From: a virus
Lineage: Duplodnaviria > Caudoviricetes
IMG/VR virus record: IMGVR_UViG_3300012971_000077
Location: 1-24,777 of that record
Strand: one strand, 5' to 3'
Length of the DNA stretch: 24,777 nucleotides
Shown: positions 23,315 to 24,777 of the stretch, in pieces
How the letters are laid out: the number at the start of each line of letters is the position of its first letter
Numbering within the stretch: the stretch's first letter is position 1
Program-made: the position numbers and the translations under genes
Notes under the pieces: generated by a model
Database searches by the model: none
What the model was told of the DNA's origin: nothing
What the model saw: only the letters and a program-made list of their open reading frames with translations

Positions 23315-24777
23315 CGTAGCCGCGACTTTCGCCTACGTCGATACCGCGCTCGGCGCTCTGAATCGACGCAACCACGTCCAGCGTCTCGCTGACGTGAACT
23401 TCGCTGACGTCGGTGCCGAGCGGTACATCAGCCACCGGCGCGGCAACCTGGCGCTCGTCGAGTGGACACGCAGCCACACCAACGCGGTCGGCAATCCGAC
23501 GATCGAGGGTTACGACGGTGAGGTATGGGATACCTCGCTGCCGTTCGACTTCGACGATCGCACTGATCCGGCTAACGCGTTGGGATGGGCGCGCCAGTTT
23601 CTGTGGAAGCTTGAGGTGCAGGACGTTCCGCTTGACGCGTTGCGGTTTTACTTCAGCGGTGCGAAAGGATTCCACGTTGAGATCCCGCATACGTTGTTCG
23701 GTGGGTTCGAGCCATCGGCTGAGCTGCACGTCTTCGAGCGCGCCGCGGCCGTCGAGCTCATGGGTGCCATTCCGTTCGATCGCGCGGTGTACGACAAGCT
23801 GCGCCTGTGGCGTCTGCCTAACACGCTCAACGCGAAGGGGCACCGCTACAAGATTCAGCTTAGCCTGCAAGAAATGCTGCAGCTCAGCATGCCTGAGATC
23901 CTCGAGCTCGCTGAGCATCCGCGGCCGAGACTGATCAACGCGCCGGACGCTGAGTGGGCGCCGAACGTGTACCTAGTCGAGGTGTGGGCCCGTGCGCGCG
24001 GCGTACAGCAAACAGTCCAGGAGCAGGCAGCACCGAGTTGGTCGGATGATCGGCAGAGCGCACTGTTCAACGTTGCGGCTGCTGCGGCGATCGCCGCGAG
24101 CTGGCCAGTGGACCCGTCCGTCAGTCGGCACTCAGACTATCTGCTGCCCCTCGCTGGTTTTCTGGCCAGACACATGGAAGCAGACGTTGTAGCTACGTTG
24201 CTCAAGGACGCGGCGCGTCTGAGTGGCGATGCTAACTTCCTCGAGGACCGTACGAGACGGTGGGGGGACGAGATCGACCGTCTCGCCAAAGGCTCGGCCG
24301 ACAAGATCGCGGCCGGTCAACCCGTCGAAGGACTACCGACGCTCGGCCGGCGTTGGCCTGAGCTGGCCGACTTCTTGAGCACCAACTACGTAGCGCGCAC
24401 CACTGCACATACCGCGGTCAACGGTACCGCGGCCAAGGTCAGCGGGTTTACGTTCACCTCACTAGCGGACCTGCTGAGCGAGCCGCCTGAGCAGATCGCG
24501 TACCTGACTGACGGCATGCTGCCGAGCGGTGGTGTGTCGATCTGGGGCGCCAAACCAAAGGTCGGCAAGAGCGTTGCGGTACGCAACCTCGCGGTCAGCG
24601 TGTCCCGAGGTGAGCCGTTCCTGGGCCGCGCGTGCCATCAGGGCACTGTGCTGGTGCTGGCGCTCGAGGAGAAACGTGCCGAAGTGGCGAATCACTTTCG
24701 TCAGATGGGCGGTGAGGACGAGACGTTGCACCTCCATACCGGCGCGGCGCCGGCCAGCAGTAAGGAAGGACTAGCCG
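23307..24777 (+). CDS. AEP primase-polymerase fused to RepA/AAA_25-like helicase (partial, runs off window); absent from ORF track
   Basis: Hand translation open from ATG 23307 (GGAG RBS): 'PFDFD', 'YFSGAKGFHVEI', 'DRAVYDKLRLWRLPNT', then Walker A 'GAKPKVGKS' and 'GTVLVLALEE'. Confidence 0.92.
   Translation, partial: MDDVAATFAYVDTALGALNRRNHVQRLADVNFADVGAERYISHRRGNLALVEWTRSHTNAVGNPTIEGYDGEVWDTSLPFDFDDRTDPANALGWARQFLWKLEVQDVPLDALRFYFSGAKGFHVEIPHTLFGGFEPSAELHVFERAAAVELMGAIPFDRAVYDKLRLWRLPNTLNAKGHRYKIQLSLQEMLQLSMPEILELAEHPRPRLINAPDAEWAPNVYLVEVWARARGVQQTVQEQAAPSWSDDRQSALFNVAAAAAIAASWPVDPSVSRHSDYLLPLAGFLARHMEADVVATLLKDAARLSGDANFLEDRTRRWGDEIDRLAKGSADKIAAGQPVEGLPTLGRRWPELADFLSTNYVARTTAHTAVNGTAAKVSGFTFTSLADLLSEPPEQIAYLTDGMLPSGGVSIWGAKPKVGKSVAVRNLAVSVSRGEPFLGRACHQGTVLVLALEEKRAEVANHFRQMGGEDETLHLHTGAAPASSKEGLA

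Larger units (their letters stand above)
1..24777. mobile_element. Temperate tailed phage genome segment (podovirus-like), apparently non-integrated form
   Basis: Capsid, tail, lysis, serine integrase and primase-helicase modules with tightly coupled genes (many ATGA/TGATG overlaps); phage genes on both sides of the candidate attP; no host housekeeping genes. Confidence 0.93.

Noticed and set aside
23256-24774. Listed short ORFs in the last 1.5 kb
   Set aside because: Alternative frames of the open primase-helicase CDS starting at 23307.

Overview
A ~24.8 kb segment of a GC-rich temperate tailed phage with no host genes visible. It is podovirus-like: P22-coat-type capsid, beta-rich tail nozzle, and no tape measure in the window. 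1-14.5 kb is a rightward virion operon: two putative internal/ejection proteins, scaffold, major capsid, decoration/collagen proteins, tail adaptor and nozzle, tail fibre and a C39-like peptidase. The capsid gene is split by a group I intron (4397-5170) encoding a LAGLIDADG endonuclease, and an antisense HNH gene sits between nozzle and fibre. 14.5-16.0 kb holds two diverged copies of a three-gene holin-like cassette. 16.0-18.3 kb is a leftward early operon (OB-fold, Gp157, SWIM). Then come a candidate intact attP, a large serine integrase, a compact control region and a rightward replication operon (lytic transglycosylase, two SSB-like proteins, AEP primase-helicase running off the end). Main observations: (1) a control module in which a GAAC-N4-GTTC SOS box sits on the promoter of a putative regulator, bracketed by 27-bp inverted repeats that look like two outward-facing leaderless promoters, one antisense to the integrase and one into replication; (2) an attP whose predicted crossover lies inside the -35 of the early promoter; (3) an intron whose P5 carries a split copy of its own ligated-exon junction around the endonuclease insert; (4) a possible -1 frameshift into the peptidase. 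All protein calls come from motif recognition by eye, with no database searches.
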